A stretch of 63,498 bases of DNA, counting the filler, from Acidimicrobiia bacterium (GTDB lineage Bacteria; Actinomycetota; Acidimicrobiia; Spongiisociales; JAHEDJ01), in assembly GCA_029210695.1 (NCBI GenBank). It is 7 parts of 7 records of this genome, joined end to end, with 100 filler letters (N's around TTAATTAATTAA, not from the genome) between each part and the next. Parts side by side here need not be neighbours in the genome. Positions count along the whole stretch, not along the records: positions 39,665 to 47,789 come from JARGFH010000095.1; positions 47,890 to 55,885 come from JARGFH010000096.1; 5 more parts are not named here. One strand, 5' to 3'. Positions 40,776-49,894 of this stretch are shown here, one piece after another. Below the pieces are notes generated by a model. It did no database searches and was not told where the DNA came from. It worked only from the letters and a program-made list of their open reading frames with translations. The position numbers were made by a program, and so were the translations under genes. Positions within the stretch are counted from its first letter, which is position 1. Each line of letters begins with the position of its first letter.

Positions 40776-41185
40776 CCCCGGATGCGGTGGTCGTGGACAC
40801 AAACGTCTTCTCCGCCGTGCTCACCCGCCGATTGCTTGCATCCCAATACGCGGAGTATCTCTCCGGCAAACGCCTAATCATTTCATTCCAGACAGTCGCC
40901 GAGATTCGCTTTGGTGGCATGGCTGCTGGATGGGGAGAGGCCCGAATGCGGGAGGCGGAACGAGCCATCGCCAAGGCAGCGACGATTCCGCCACACGATG
41001 AACTTGCGACGGAGTGGGCCTCGTTACGAGTGGAGTGCAAACGGGTCGGCCACGCCCTCGCTTCCAAAACCCACATGAGTGATCTCTGGATCGCGGCCAC
41101 GGCCAGCCTGATCGGAATACCACTCGTCAGCCATGACGCGATCTTCAAGGGAACACCGGGTCTCACCGTCCTCACTCTGCTGTGA
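40772..41185 (+). CDS. PIN-domain (VapC-like) nuclease
   Basis: VVDTNVFS, TVAEI, SDLWIAATA, LVSHD. Confidence 0.92.
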   Translation: MTPDAVVVDTNVFSAVLTRRLLASQYAEYLSGKRLIISFQTVAEIRFGGMAAGWGEARMREAERAIAKAATIPPHDELATEWASLRVECKRVGHALASKTHMSDLWIAATASLIGIPLVSHDAIFKGTPGLTVLTLL

Positions 41186-41258
41186 ACTTGTGAATCACCG
41201 AAGACCCAAGGCGTTGGAGGTGACTCTGAAGGAACTGTGCGGTGCCGACCCTTGCTAG

Positions 41259-42980
41259 GAGCGTGGGTCAGTATCTGCCAGCGAGGCGATCGGCTGGCTG
41301 ACGGTTGAAGGTGTTGTGGGTTCTCGCGTTTTGGGTTGGGTTCGACGAGAATGCGGGGCATGTCCTACGACTGTGATGATGATGCCCTTTTCGAGATCGC
41401 CGACGACGATGAACCGGCGGTGAAGGTTCCTGCGGGGAGGTCGAAGGTGTTCCGTCGTTACGACCCGGACCAGTCGTTCCTGATGCCGCCGTCTCTTGAT
41501 GACTGGCTCCCGCAAGACCATACGGCCCGGTTCGTTTCTGAGGTCGTTGACGACCTCTTGGATCTCTCGGTGGTGTATGACTCGTATGTTTCAGCGTCTG
41601 GTGCACCGCCGTATGACCCGACGATGATGTTGAAGCTCTTGTTGTATGCGTATTCGACGGGGGTGACGTCGTCTCGGGAGATGGAACGTCGCTGTCACAT
41701 TGATGTGGCGTTCCGTTGGCTGTCTGCGAACAACGCCCCGGATTACCGGTCGATTGCCCGGTTCCGTCGCCGTCACCTCGCTGCGTTGGACGACTTGTTC
41801 ACCCAGGTCCTTGTCCTGTGCTCAGAAGCAGGACTCGTCACGTTGGGTCGGGTTGCTTTGGATGGTACGAAGCTGCGGGCGTCTGCTTCTCGGCACAAGG
41901 CGATGAGTTATGGGCGTCTCGGACCCAGGATTGAACAGCTCGAGGCTGAGGTCGCGGCGATCCTTGCTGAGGCTGAAGCTGTTGACCGGGCAGAAGATGA
42001 CGAGTTCGGGGAAGACCGGCGTGGTGATGAGGTCCCACCGGAGTTGGCTCGTCGCGAGTCCCGTCTCGTCAAGTTGCGTGCAGCCAAAGAAGCGACCGAG
42101 GCCGAGGCGGCAGACAAGGCCGCGAAGAAAGCGGCAGACAAGGCTGAGAAGAACGGTGCCGACGAGACCGCGATAAGCGAGGCCGCAGCGACAGCTGCTG
42201 GTGGGGCGACCCCCGCTGATCGGACGCAGCGGAGTTTCACGGATCCCGAATCTCGGATGATGAAAACGACCGACGGTTTCCACTACGCCTACAACGCCCA
42301 AGCAGTTGTCGACGAGTACTCACAGGTCGTTCTTGCGGCAAACGTCACCGATCAGGCAGGCGACGTTCAACAGCTGATCCCGATGATCGACGCTACAACA
42401 GACAGCCTTACAGATGCCGGTATCGAAACGACCCTGGGGGTGGTGCTTGCCGACGCTGGCTACTGCTCCCAAGACAACCTGGAACACATCTCAGATTCAA
42501 AAGTCAACGCTTTGATAGCCACGGGACACATCAGACGCAACGAACAGGTACCAGACACGCCAAGAGGCCCGATCCCGAAAGACGCAACCCGACGCGAACG
42601 GATGGCACGCCGGCTGCGTACCAAACCCGGGCGGGCCGACTACGCCAGACGCAAAGCAATCGTCGAACCAGCATTCGGACAGATGAAAGTCCGCCAACAC
42701 GCCGGGCATCTCCGGCTACGAGGAATCGCCGGAGCGCAAGGCGAGTGGACCCTCCATGTCATCTGCCACAACCTACGCAAACTCGGAAACGCCGCCAATA
42801 TGGCCACCGCAGCAGCTTCCTGACACCCACCGGGCCACTTCTGGCGCCATTCGAACGATCTGGGGTCCTGTCATCTGCGGGCTCCGATGAAGGTTCCATC
42901 ATGATTCTCGGTCACATCGGATCCAAGACCTTGACCTACCCCAAGAATCGGGCACACGACACCAATTCTGACTCATGCTC
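41259..42980 (+). mobile_element. Complete IS1182-family element, 1722 bp, CTAG target duplication
   Basis: IRs GAGCGTGGGTCAGTAT and GAGCATGAGTCAGAAT (13/16); CTAG at 41255-58 and 42981-84. Confidence 0.92.
41360..42823 (+). CDS. IS1182-family transposase
   Basis: PPYDP.MMLK, PDYRSIARFR, LDGTK, TDPESR, ADAGY, VEPAFG, HNLRKL; start uncertain. Confidence 0.93.
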   Translation: MSYDCDDDALFEIADDDEPAVKVPAGRSKVFRRYDPDQSFLMPPSLDDWLPQDHTARFVSEVVDDLLDLSVVYDSYVSASGAPPYDPTMMLKLLLYAYSTGVTSSREMERRCHIDVAFRWLSANNAPDYRSIARFRRRHLAALDDLFTQVLVLCSEAGLVTLGRVALDGTKLRASASRHKAMSYGRLGPRIEQLEAEVAAILAEAEAVDRAEDDEFGEDRRGDEVPPELARRESRLVKLRAAKEATEAEAADKAAKKAADKAEKNGADETAISEAAATAAGGATPADRTQRSFTDPESRMMKTTDGFHYAYNAQAVVDEYSQVVLAANVTDQAGDVQQLIPMIDATTDSLTDAGIETTLGVVLADAGYCSQDNLEHISDSKVNALIATGHIRRNEQVPDTPRGPIPKDATRRERMARRLRTKPGRADYARRKAIVEPAFGQMKVRQHAGHLRLRGIAGAQGEWTLHVICHNLRKLGNAANMATAAAS

Positions 42981-43023
42981 CTAGGGCTGCCACAGCTCGG
43001 ACACACCCCGTGAGCTACGAGCG

Positions 43024-43716
43024 CTACTCCAATCGATCACTCTTCTGGATGTTGTGCTTCGCGCAGAGAAGTTGAATGTTGTCGGCAGTGAGTGACGAAC
43101 CTCCCCAAGAGAACGGGATCATGTGATCGAAGTGGAGATTCTCCGTTGATCCACACTTCACACATTTGCCCTTGTCGCGCTTCCACACTGCCAACTTCAC
43201 ATGAGTGGGAACAAGCCGTGTGTGATCAAGCTCCTGATCTTCAGGGTCCACGGCTTCGGCGTCCTCCTCGACTAGTGCCAGCTTGAACTTGCAGACGTAG
43301 CGGCCCTCGAGCTCCTGTTGCCAGGCGTCGACGAGATGGAACAAACCGGTGTACACCCAGATACCCGAGCGGACCTTCTCATAGACCCGCACCCGCTCAG
43401 GCGGTAGTTCATTGTTCTGGAATGCTTCAGCCGCCATGTAGAACAGGCCGTTCTGAGTGAGGGTCCCGTTTTCTGTGAGTAGCGGTTGGTCCAGGGTCTT
43501 GGGGTCAGGGTTGTCGGTACTCTTCGGTTGATCGTGCCCTTCGTAAATGAGAGTGCGACCTTCGTCGGTTATCTGGTCCTCGTATGGAGCTCCGGGGCGC
43601 ACGCTCATCAGCAAAACGCTGTGGTCCGGTCGGAGTCGAAAGTTCATACCCCGTTGGAGCATGGCGCCTTCGCGGGAACACATCTCGAGGTAGGCAATCA
43701 CGTCACCGGGTTGCAC
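43024..43716 (-). CDS. HNH endonuclease with N-terminal SRA-like domain (putative modification-dependent restriction)
   Basis: PYED..LIYEG..NG..VRVYEK..YTGLF.LVD; CVKCGS..DHMIP..GG..NIQLLC..HN. Confidence 0.8.
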   Translation of the reverse strand: MQPGDVIAYLEMCSREGAMLQRGMNFRLRPDHSVLLMSVRPGAPYEDQITDEGRTLIYEGHDQPKSTDNPDPKTLDQPLLTENGTLTQNGLFYMAAEAFQNNELPPERVRVYEKVRSGIWVYTGLFHLVDAWQQELEGRYVCKFKLALVEEDAEAVDPEDQELDHTRLVPTHVKLAVWKRDKGKCVKCGSTENLHFDHMIPFSWGGSSLTADNIQLLCAKHNIQKSDRLE

Positions 43717-43769
43717 GAACTACATGGTATCCGCCACTTTCTGTCAGCCGCGTCCTGTATGTTCCGGGT

Positions 43770-45425
43770 GTGGGGAAATACGACGCATGGCGACCGTTCT
43801 TCAGGGATCTCAAGCCTGGTGAACGTCGCGTGCCGCTCGAGGCCCTAAGTGATCTACTTGAGGGTGGATTACCGCAAGCCGCATATGAGCACCAGGCCTG
43901 GTGGTCGAACACGGGATACGCATCCGCGGCCTGGGCTGAATACGACTGGTACGCGCATCCGAAGCTGCGCGACGGGTACGTATTGTTCAATCTCACGCCC
44001 GGCCGTCGCGGCCGAAGCCCCGCTTCATCCAAACGAAGCAGCTATTCGGACCCAAGAACGATTACACCGAACACGCCTCCCCAGACTCAATCGAAGTCGG
44101 CAGCGGAGGTGATCCTGTTGGGCTGCGTTTCGGAGAAACGAGACCACCCGGCGCCAGCAAAAGACCTCTATATCTCCCCGTTGTGGGAACGGCGCCGCGC
44201 ATATGCCGAAGCGTCGGGACAGCCGTGGTACATCCTGAGTGCCGAACACGGCCTCCTGCATCCGGAGCAGGTCACCGCACCCTATGACGTCTCACTCAAA
44301 GATCTATCGGTTGATCAACGCAGGGCTTGGGCGCGTCGCACAGCACCTCGGTTGCTCGAGACACTGGTCGCCGCTGAGGCGGAGACAGTGGAGATCCATG
44401 CCGGCACCGCCTACACGGAATCAGGGCTCCGGCAGGCACTCGAGGCGTTGGGTTTTCAAGTTTTCATCCCGTTGGCCCACCACCGCATCGGTGTGCAACT
44501 CGCCTGGTACGACAATCCCAACCACCCGGATATCACCGCTCCGAGGTCGAGCCCAACGTCTAAGCCGCTCCAACAGCCGGCGCCGGATCATGTGGTGCGA
44601 CTCGCTGCTGACTACCGCTCGAAGGCGCTTGGCGGGGGGTGGGACGGACTTCCCGAGGTCGTGTGTGTAAAGGCAATGCGGGCGGCCGGTGCCGACGATC
44701 GAACCATTCGCCGGTGGATCACCTTTGCTGCTGCCATGGATCGCGCCCGCGACGCCGTGCAGCTATGGGAGGCATCCGTGGAGGCATATCGTCAGGCACC
44801 ATGGATTTACGATCCGTGGCAGGTCATTGCGAGACCTCACGACGATCTCCAGGCTGCTCTGCGACAGTACTCGGTGAGTCAGCGCCACGGCCCCGACTCC
44901 GACGCCTGGCAAACCATCGCCCAAACACTCACCGACACGGCCTGCCCAGGGTCAGTCATCGCAGCATTGAACGGCAAACCCACGAATGCATCAGACCTGC
45001 TTGAGGCGCTGCAGCGGAAGGGCCCCCAAGGAGTTCCCCGGTTCCCGCTACTTAGAGGGCCGAAGATCGGTCCGCTGTGGGTGCGGATGCTCGCTTGTCC
45101 GGGCGGTGCCGACATTCGCGGTATGGAGGTGATCCCAGTGGCCGTTGACACCCATGTTCAGCGGGTTACTGAGATGTTGGGTTTGGTGAGTCCAGTCGAA
45201 CTGAGTGGTCGCCACCGACGTGACATCCAGCAGGTTTGGTTCGATGCTGTGAACCAGGCGGGGATGTTCGGAGCTCCTTCTCCCATCGATGGCACGTCAG
45301 CCGGTATCGATCCCGCCCTCTGGGCTCTAGGCAGGGAAGGTTGCTCGAACTGCGAGCGGGCGAAAATAAAGCGACCAATCGGGTCGATATGCGATCTTTG
45401 CGTGCTGGGCCGGGTTGAATCATGA
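43770..45425 (+). CDS. Three-domain protein: DUF7662-like + DUF6884 + HhH-GPD glycosylase-like with CxxC..CxxC tail
   Basis: GKY..LPQAA..AWWSN..AW; LLGCVSEK..AKDLY.SPL..ILSAEHGL..PYD; LRGPKI..PVAVDTHV.R; DPALW; CSNC..CDLC. Confidence 0.8.
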   Translation: MGKYDAWRPFFRDLKPGERRVPLEALSDLLEGGLPQAAYEHQAWWSNTGYASAAWAEYDWYAHPKLRDGYVLFNLTPGRRGRSPASSKRSSYSDPRTITPNTPPQTQSKSAAEVILLGCVSEKRDHPAPAKDLYISPLWERRRAYAEASGQPWYILSAEHGLLHPEQVTAPYDVSLKDLSVDQRRAWARRTAPRLLETLVAAEAETVEIHAGTAYTESGLRQALEALGFQVFIPLAHHRIGVQLAWYDNPNHPDITAPRSSPTSKPLQQPAPDHVVRLAADYRSKALGGGWDGLPEVVCVKAMRAAGADDRTIRRWITFAAAMDRARDAVQLWEASVEAYRQAPWIYDPWQVIARPHDDLQAALRQYSVSQRHGPDSDAWQTIAQTLTDTACPGSVIAALNGKPTNASDLLEALQRKGPQGVPRFPLLRGPKIGPLWVRMLACPGGADIRGMEVIPVAVDTHVQRVTEMLGLVSPVELSGRHRRDIQQVWFDAVNQAGMFGAPSPIDGTSAGIDPALWALGREGCSNCERAKIKRPIGSICDLCVLGRVES

Positions 45426-46269
45426 GGAGCGGAGCGAGAACGTGGCTCTCTCAACGCTCCTCCTAGGCCTCAGAACACCTATCGAAGAAAATCTCTTCGT
45501 TGGCAAGGCCCGGTGGGAGATGCTGACCGCGAAGGTGGCTCAGCAAGAGGATGCGCCGCACGCCGACTACTACGACGAGCAAGTGTGGACCTTCTTGTTG
45601 GCGTGCGGGTACGCCGTCGGAGGCCCGGAAGGAGTCTCTGCACTCGAAGATCTTCTGACCGGCGGCGCCGGAGCATGGCGGACCGGTCACAAGATCTGGT
45701 TCGAGGTCCTGCCCACTCCCCCACGATTTCAGGAGGGCAACACCAATGTCGACCTTGCCGTGGGCGACATCCGGCTGCGCAGCGGCGTGGAGGGCGGGAT
45801 CGAGCTCGATCCGGAGTCGACGCCCAACTGGGTTTGCCTGACGGAGGCGAAATGGTATTCGGATATCGACACGAAGGTGTCCAACCAGCGAGAGCGCAAC
45901 CAGCTGGCGAGGGTGGCGGAGAACGCAGCTTGCCTGCAATCAGAAGGAGCCATCGTTGATCGACCGTTTGTGACACTGTTGACGCCGAGGAGGTTTCGTT
46001 CCAGCGAGCTCCGATCGCGGCTTTACGTCTACAAGTACCACGAATACCGGGATGATCCTGCACGGTTGGCCTTCGAATGGCGAGCAATGGACAATGCAAT
46101 GCCACCCCGGTCAAACAGCGGCTGGCGGTACCCGAAAAACCCCGACGAACGGGCCCGATCAATTCGCTTCCACTGGGTCACCTACGACGACCTTCTGAGC
46201 GAGGACAACCTGCCTGACACCCCAATCCGTGATGCCCTCGTTCGGGCTTTCGAGGATTGGACTCCCTAG
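45415..46269 (+). CDS. Putative PD-(D/E)xK nuclease-fold protein
   Basis: WFE..TNVDLAV..TEAKW..RNQLAR; overlaps the upstream gene. Confidence 0.7.
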   Translation: MNHEERSENVALSTLLLGLRTPIEENLFVGKARWEMLTAKVAQQEDAPHADYYDEQVWTFLLACGYAVGGPEGVSALEDLLTGGAGAWRTGHKIWFEVLPTPPRFQEGNTNVDLAVGDIRLRSGVEGGIELDPESTPNWVCLTEAKWYSDIDTKVSNQRERNQLARVAENAACLQSEGAIVDRPFVTLLTPRRFRSSELRSRLYVYKYHEYRDDPARLAFEWRAMDNAMPPRSNSGWRYPKNPDERARSIRFHWVTYDDLLSEDNLPDTPIRDALVRAFEDWTP

Positions 46270-47162
46270 CCCGCCACACGCGCCGGCCCGTGGAACACCT
46301 GCTCCCGGTGCCATTCGACGTACTGCTCGTCGACGGGCCGCGCCCCTGACTGTGGGCCGCGCACGTCTGCGCCGGCCAGGCTGAGCACCAGCCGCTCCGC
46401 CGATTCACCCGACCCGGAGAACCGCTGTGACACAGCGATGGTGTGATCGATCGTCAGGCCGACGACGCCGAGGTCGAGCAGCTTGTGATGGATCGTGCAG
46501 AGAGCCAGACCGTTGGCAACCTCGTCGGGCCCTTCAAAGGCATGCCACCGCACGTGAGCAGCATCGAGCCCAATGGTGCGGTCGGCGAGCCGTCCATCGA
46601 AACCGCAGAAGGCGCATCGACGCTCGTAGGCGGTCAGCACCTTGTCGCGGAACTCCGGGTCGCGGCGACGAATCGTCCGGGATACGACGGTCAATGCAAG
46701 AGGGCTCTCGGTGAGCCCGACGTCCTCCAGCAAGTCGGTGCGATAGGAATCACCGAACTCCTCCAGCAGCGCCCCCACGATGGTTGCCCGGATGGCCGGG
46801 TCGGTGATGGCCGCCGCTAAATCCTCGGTGATTTCCCCGATGCCGACCTCGCGCAGTTCCGACAACCGGGTCTCGGGCCACGGCCGGCCGTCCGAGGTGC
46901 TGACTCGCCAGAAACCCTCGTCGTTCTGGAGATGATGAAACGGGTACTGGGGGGTTGCCTTGGTGACGGGCGGGCCGTACCGGTCGAGGAGATCGGCAAC
47001 CACGGGTTCCGCTTCTGCGAACGTGACTCGCCGGCTGCCCGTCTGGGTGAATCGTCCGATCATGTAGAGGAGTAGGAGCGGCTTGTGCGGTGCCCGAACT
47101 CCACGTTGCGACCAGCGACGGAGGCTTGAGATACGTTCGACCCAGTCGGTGGCGGTCAACAT
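46266..47162 (-). CDS. Phosphorothioate-DNA-binding restriction endonuclease (SBD-HNH)
   Basis: RAPHKPLLLL..YPFHHL..GFW sulfur-binding signature; FRDKVL.AY..CAFCG..AAHV..NGLALC..HH. Confidence 0.88.
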   Translation of the reverse strand: MLTATDWVERISSLRRWSQRGVRAPHKPLLLLYMIGRFTQTGSRRVTFAEAEPVVADLLDRYGPPVTKATPQYPFHHLQNDEGFWRVSTSDGRPWPETRLSELREVGIGEITEDLAAAITDPAIRATIVGALLEEFGDSYRTDLLEDVGLTESPLALTVVSRTIRRRDPEFRDKVLTAYERRCAFCGFDGRLADRTIGLDAAHVRWHAFEGPDEVANGLALCTIHHKLLDLGVVGLTIDHTIAVSQRFSGSGESAERLVLSLAGADVRGPQSGARPVDEQYVEWHREQVFHGPARVAG

Positions 47163-47190
47163 CTGAGATTGAACCTACCAAGCGGCCGGC

Positions 47191-47713
47191 TCAACCCAGC
47201 AAGTTCTCTCGAACGGCTTTCTCGATTCTGGTCATCCGGTTCCGAACGGTCTTGGGAGCAAGTCCGGTGACTGCTGCTGCCTCGTCTACTTCGGCATTCG
47301 CAATCCAGATCATTCGGGCGATCGTCCGGTCGGCGTCGTCCTCCGCTATGGCATCGACGGCCTCCATAAATCGATCGGTCGTGTCGACCGTCCCCCAACC
47401 GAGACCCAGGTCGTAGCCGAGACGCGACCCGTGGTCTATGACCTGTGAGTAACCGCCCTCATCAACGCGCACCTGCGCATCCTTGATCCGCTTCCAAACC
47501 CTGAGGGCGTCCCTGGCGCGATCTCCGGCGACCTTCCTTACGAACCCGTGTGGATTATCGATCTCGTGACCGGCCGACGCTTTGCGCCAATACTCCTCCA
47601 CCGCAATGGCTGCTACCTCATCGTTCAGATTCAGTGCCGCGGATCGAAATATGACCCGATCTACCTCTTCTCTGGCAGCCATAAGCAACTCGGCGTCGAG
47701 TGTGTTGTCGGAC
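47191..47713 (-). pseudogene. ECF-sigma-like protein with its 5' end cut by IS21
   Basis: GFVRKVA...ARD region 2; EAAAVTGLAPKTVRNRMTR HTH; frame open up to the IS boundary. Confidence 0.6.
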
Positions 47714-47789
47714 TGACCACGCTCATTGAAACTCCCCAGACCTGCTCACTGAAATTCCCCACCTCCTGAGAGGGAATACCCACTGTTGG
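47714..47789 (+). mobile_element. IS21-family terminus
   Basis: TG start; repeated GCTCA(T/C)TGAAA(C/T)TCCCCA boxes. Confidence 0.75.
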
Positions 47790-47889
47790 NNNNNNNNNNN
47801 NNNNNNNNNNNNNNNNNNNNNNNNNNNNNNNNNTTAATTAATTAANNNNNNNNNNNNNNNNNNNNNNNNNNNNNNNNNNNNNNNNNNNN

Positions 47890-47965
47890 GCGTAGTAACC
47901 ATCAGATTGGCAGAGCCCTCCTAATCAACCGGGAACCCCTACACCCCGCTCAATTCCGAAGCGCC
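47890..47965 (+). mobile_element. ISL3-family terminus
   Basis: Ends CCCCGCTCAATTCCGAAGCGCC; contig-terminal 76 bp. Confidence 0.65.
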
Positions 47966-47978
47966 CTATTCGCTGGTT

Positions 47979-48743
47979 GTGGCCGTCGTTCTCCTGGGCG
48001 TCGGGTGCAGCACCGCCGCCACCTCGAGCACGGCTGCCATATCGAGCACCGTCGTCATGCCGAGCACCGACGCGACATCGGGCATCGCCGTCTCACCGGG
48101 TTCGACGGCCGGGACGGTGGAGGATACGGCGTGGCAGAGCGAGTTCGGCCTCGACCAATGCGATCTCGCAACCGTCGGCGGAAATGATTACTTCATCCTC
48201 GAGCCAGGTTTTCAGCTGGTGCTCGAGAGTGCAGCCGAACGCCTGGTGATCACCGTTCTCGATGAGACCGCGACAATCGACGGAGTCGAAACCCGGATCG
48301 TGGAGGAACGCGAGTGGAGGGGCGACTCCCTCATCGAGGTTTCTCGTAACTTCTTCGCCACCTGTGCGGCAACCGGTGACGTCTTCTACTTCGGGGAGGA
48401 GGTGGACGACTACGCAAGCGGGGAGGTCGTGAACCATACCGGAGCGTGGTTAGCGGGCGAGGCCGGGGCCGGGGCCGGGCTCATCATGCCGGCGCAACCC
48501 AGAATCGGCATGCGCTACTTCCAGGAGGTGGCTCCCGAGGTGGCTATGGATCGGGCCGAGGTCGTGAGCCTCACGCACACGCTCGAGACGCCGGCGGGCA
48601 CGTTCTCCGACTGCCTGCGTACCCAGGAAGGATCGGCGCTGAAGCCGGGTGAACGGGAGTTCAAGACGTATGCACCCGGCATCGGCCTCGTTCAGGATCA
48701 ATCCCTTCTGCTCGTTGCGTACGGGTACGACCTGGTGCCGTGA
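47979..48743 (+). CDS. Uncharacterised lipoprotein; signal n-region probably removed by ISL3
   Basis: Lipobox LGVGC; IDGVET..E...FFA...GDVFYFGE..W.AG..GAG..MP..YAPGIG. Confidence 0.75.
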   Translation: MAVVLLGVGCSTAATSSTAAISSTVVMPSTDATSGIAVSPGSTAGTVEDTAWQSEFGLDQCDLATVGGNDYFILEPGFQLVLESAAERLVITVLDETATIDGVETRIVEEREWRGDSLIEVSRNFFATCAATGDVFYFGEEVDDYASGEVVNHTGAWLAGEAGAGAGLIMPAQPRIGMRYFQEVAPEVAMDRAEVVSLTHTLETPAGTFSDCLRTQEGSALKPGEREFKTYAPGIGLVQDQSLLLVAYGYDLVP

Positions 48744-48753
48744 GGCGAGCCCG

Positions 48754-49698
48754 TCACCCGCTGATCGGGTCCGTCAATCCGTAGACGTCCGGACTGATCT
48801 CGTACCCATGGGCTTCCAGATCGAGGACCGCCTCCCGCGCCACCGTTCGGTCGGCGCCGCTCAGCGTCACTACCGAGACGAGCTCCAATTCCTCCCGGCC
48901 CTCGTCGGTGCCACTCCAATCGACCTTGATGTTGCCAACACCGGCAGCGAAGTACTTGTGCTGAAAGGCCCCCGGTTCCTCGACGTTGAACTCGTCGATG
49001 ATCAGAACATCCTCGTAGCATCCGGTTGCGACGCAGACGCTTGCACTGAACCGGCCCACTATTGCCCTGTCGATAAACTCGACGGCCGGCCCCCATCCCT
49101 GGGAATAGCTGGTCGATCCCACCTGCGGATCGCCGCGCATGGCGATTCCGGCGCGTGCTCCGGCGATGCCGGATATCCAGGTCGGCGCATCGACGAGCGC
49201 GCCCGCGTCGTATTCTTCGGGATGCTCTCCCATTCGCCACACGTTGCCGTCATCGTCCTGGGCGAAGAAGGCCAACTCGGTTTCGGCGAGTTCGCCGGCG
49301 CTGTAGTCACGGGCCCAAACCACGAGCGTTTCGATTCCGTCGATGACCTTGGTCATGTCCGTTGCCGTGTAGACGACCCGATGCTCGATCATTTCGAACT
49401 TGTTCGTGAATCCCTTGTAGACGAGCTTGGTCCATGGTTTGAACGGCAGGAAGGGGTTGTCGATCACGGTGGGATCGCTGAAGCGGTCGTAGTCGAGCGT
49501 CTCGTACTCAGTTCGGGGTGCCTCGACCTCCGGGAGTGCCATGACCGTCGATGCTGTCGGTTGGCTGGCCGCCAGGCGGACCGACTCTGAAACGGGAGCC
49601 ACCGTCAGGGGCGTGGGCTCTGCGGCACAGGCAGCCGACATGATCAGAACCACCACACCCGTAGACGCCGCCACGTCGAAACGTCGCACCTCGTTCAC
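48754..49698 (-). CDS. Uncharacterised lipoprotein, paralog of 47979-48743
   Basis: Lipobox SAAC; IDGIET..E...FFAQDDDGNVWRMGE..W.SG..GA.AG..KYFAAGVG. Confidence 0.8.
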   Translation of the reverse strand: MNEVRRFDVAASTGVVVLIMSAACAAEPTPLTVAPVSESVRLAASQPTASTVMALPEVEAPRTEYETLDYDRFSDPTVIDNPFLPFKPWTKLVYKGFTNKFEMIEHRVVYTATDMTKVIDGIETLVVWARDYSAGELAETELAFFAQDDDGNVWRMGEHPEEYDAGALVDAPTWISGIAGARAGIAMRGDPQVGSTSYSQGWGPAVEFIDRAIVGRFSASVCVATGCYEDVLIIDEFNVEEPGAFQHKYFAAGVGNIKVDWSGTDEGREELELVSVVTLSGADRTVAREAVLDLEAHGYEISPDVYGLTDPISG

Positions 49699-49894
49699 CT
49701 CCTTGGCACCGGCGTACCGGCGCCTCCCACACCATTGCTCCTCACCCTACGTGTTCGGGGACGCGGTTGCGGGCCAATGTGGGGATTGTTCGACACGAAT
49801 TGGAAACTCGCAGATCATCGGGCGGGTTGAGCCGGCGATGGACGCATTCGAAAGGAACCTTTCCACGCCGGGTACATGAGTCGGGGACCCGGCG

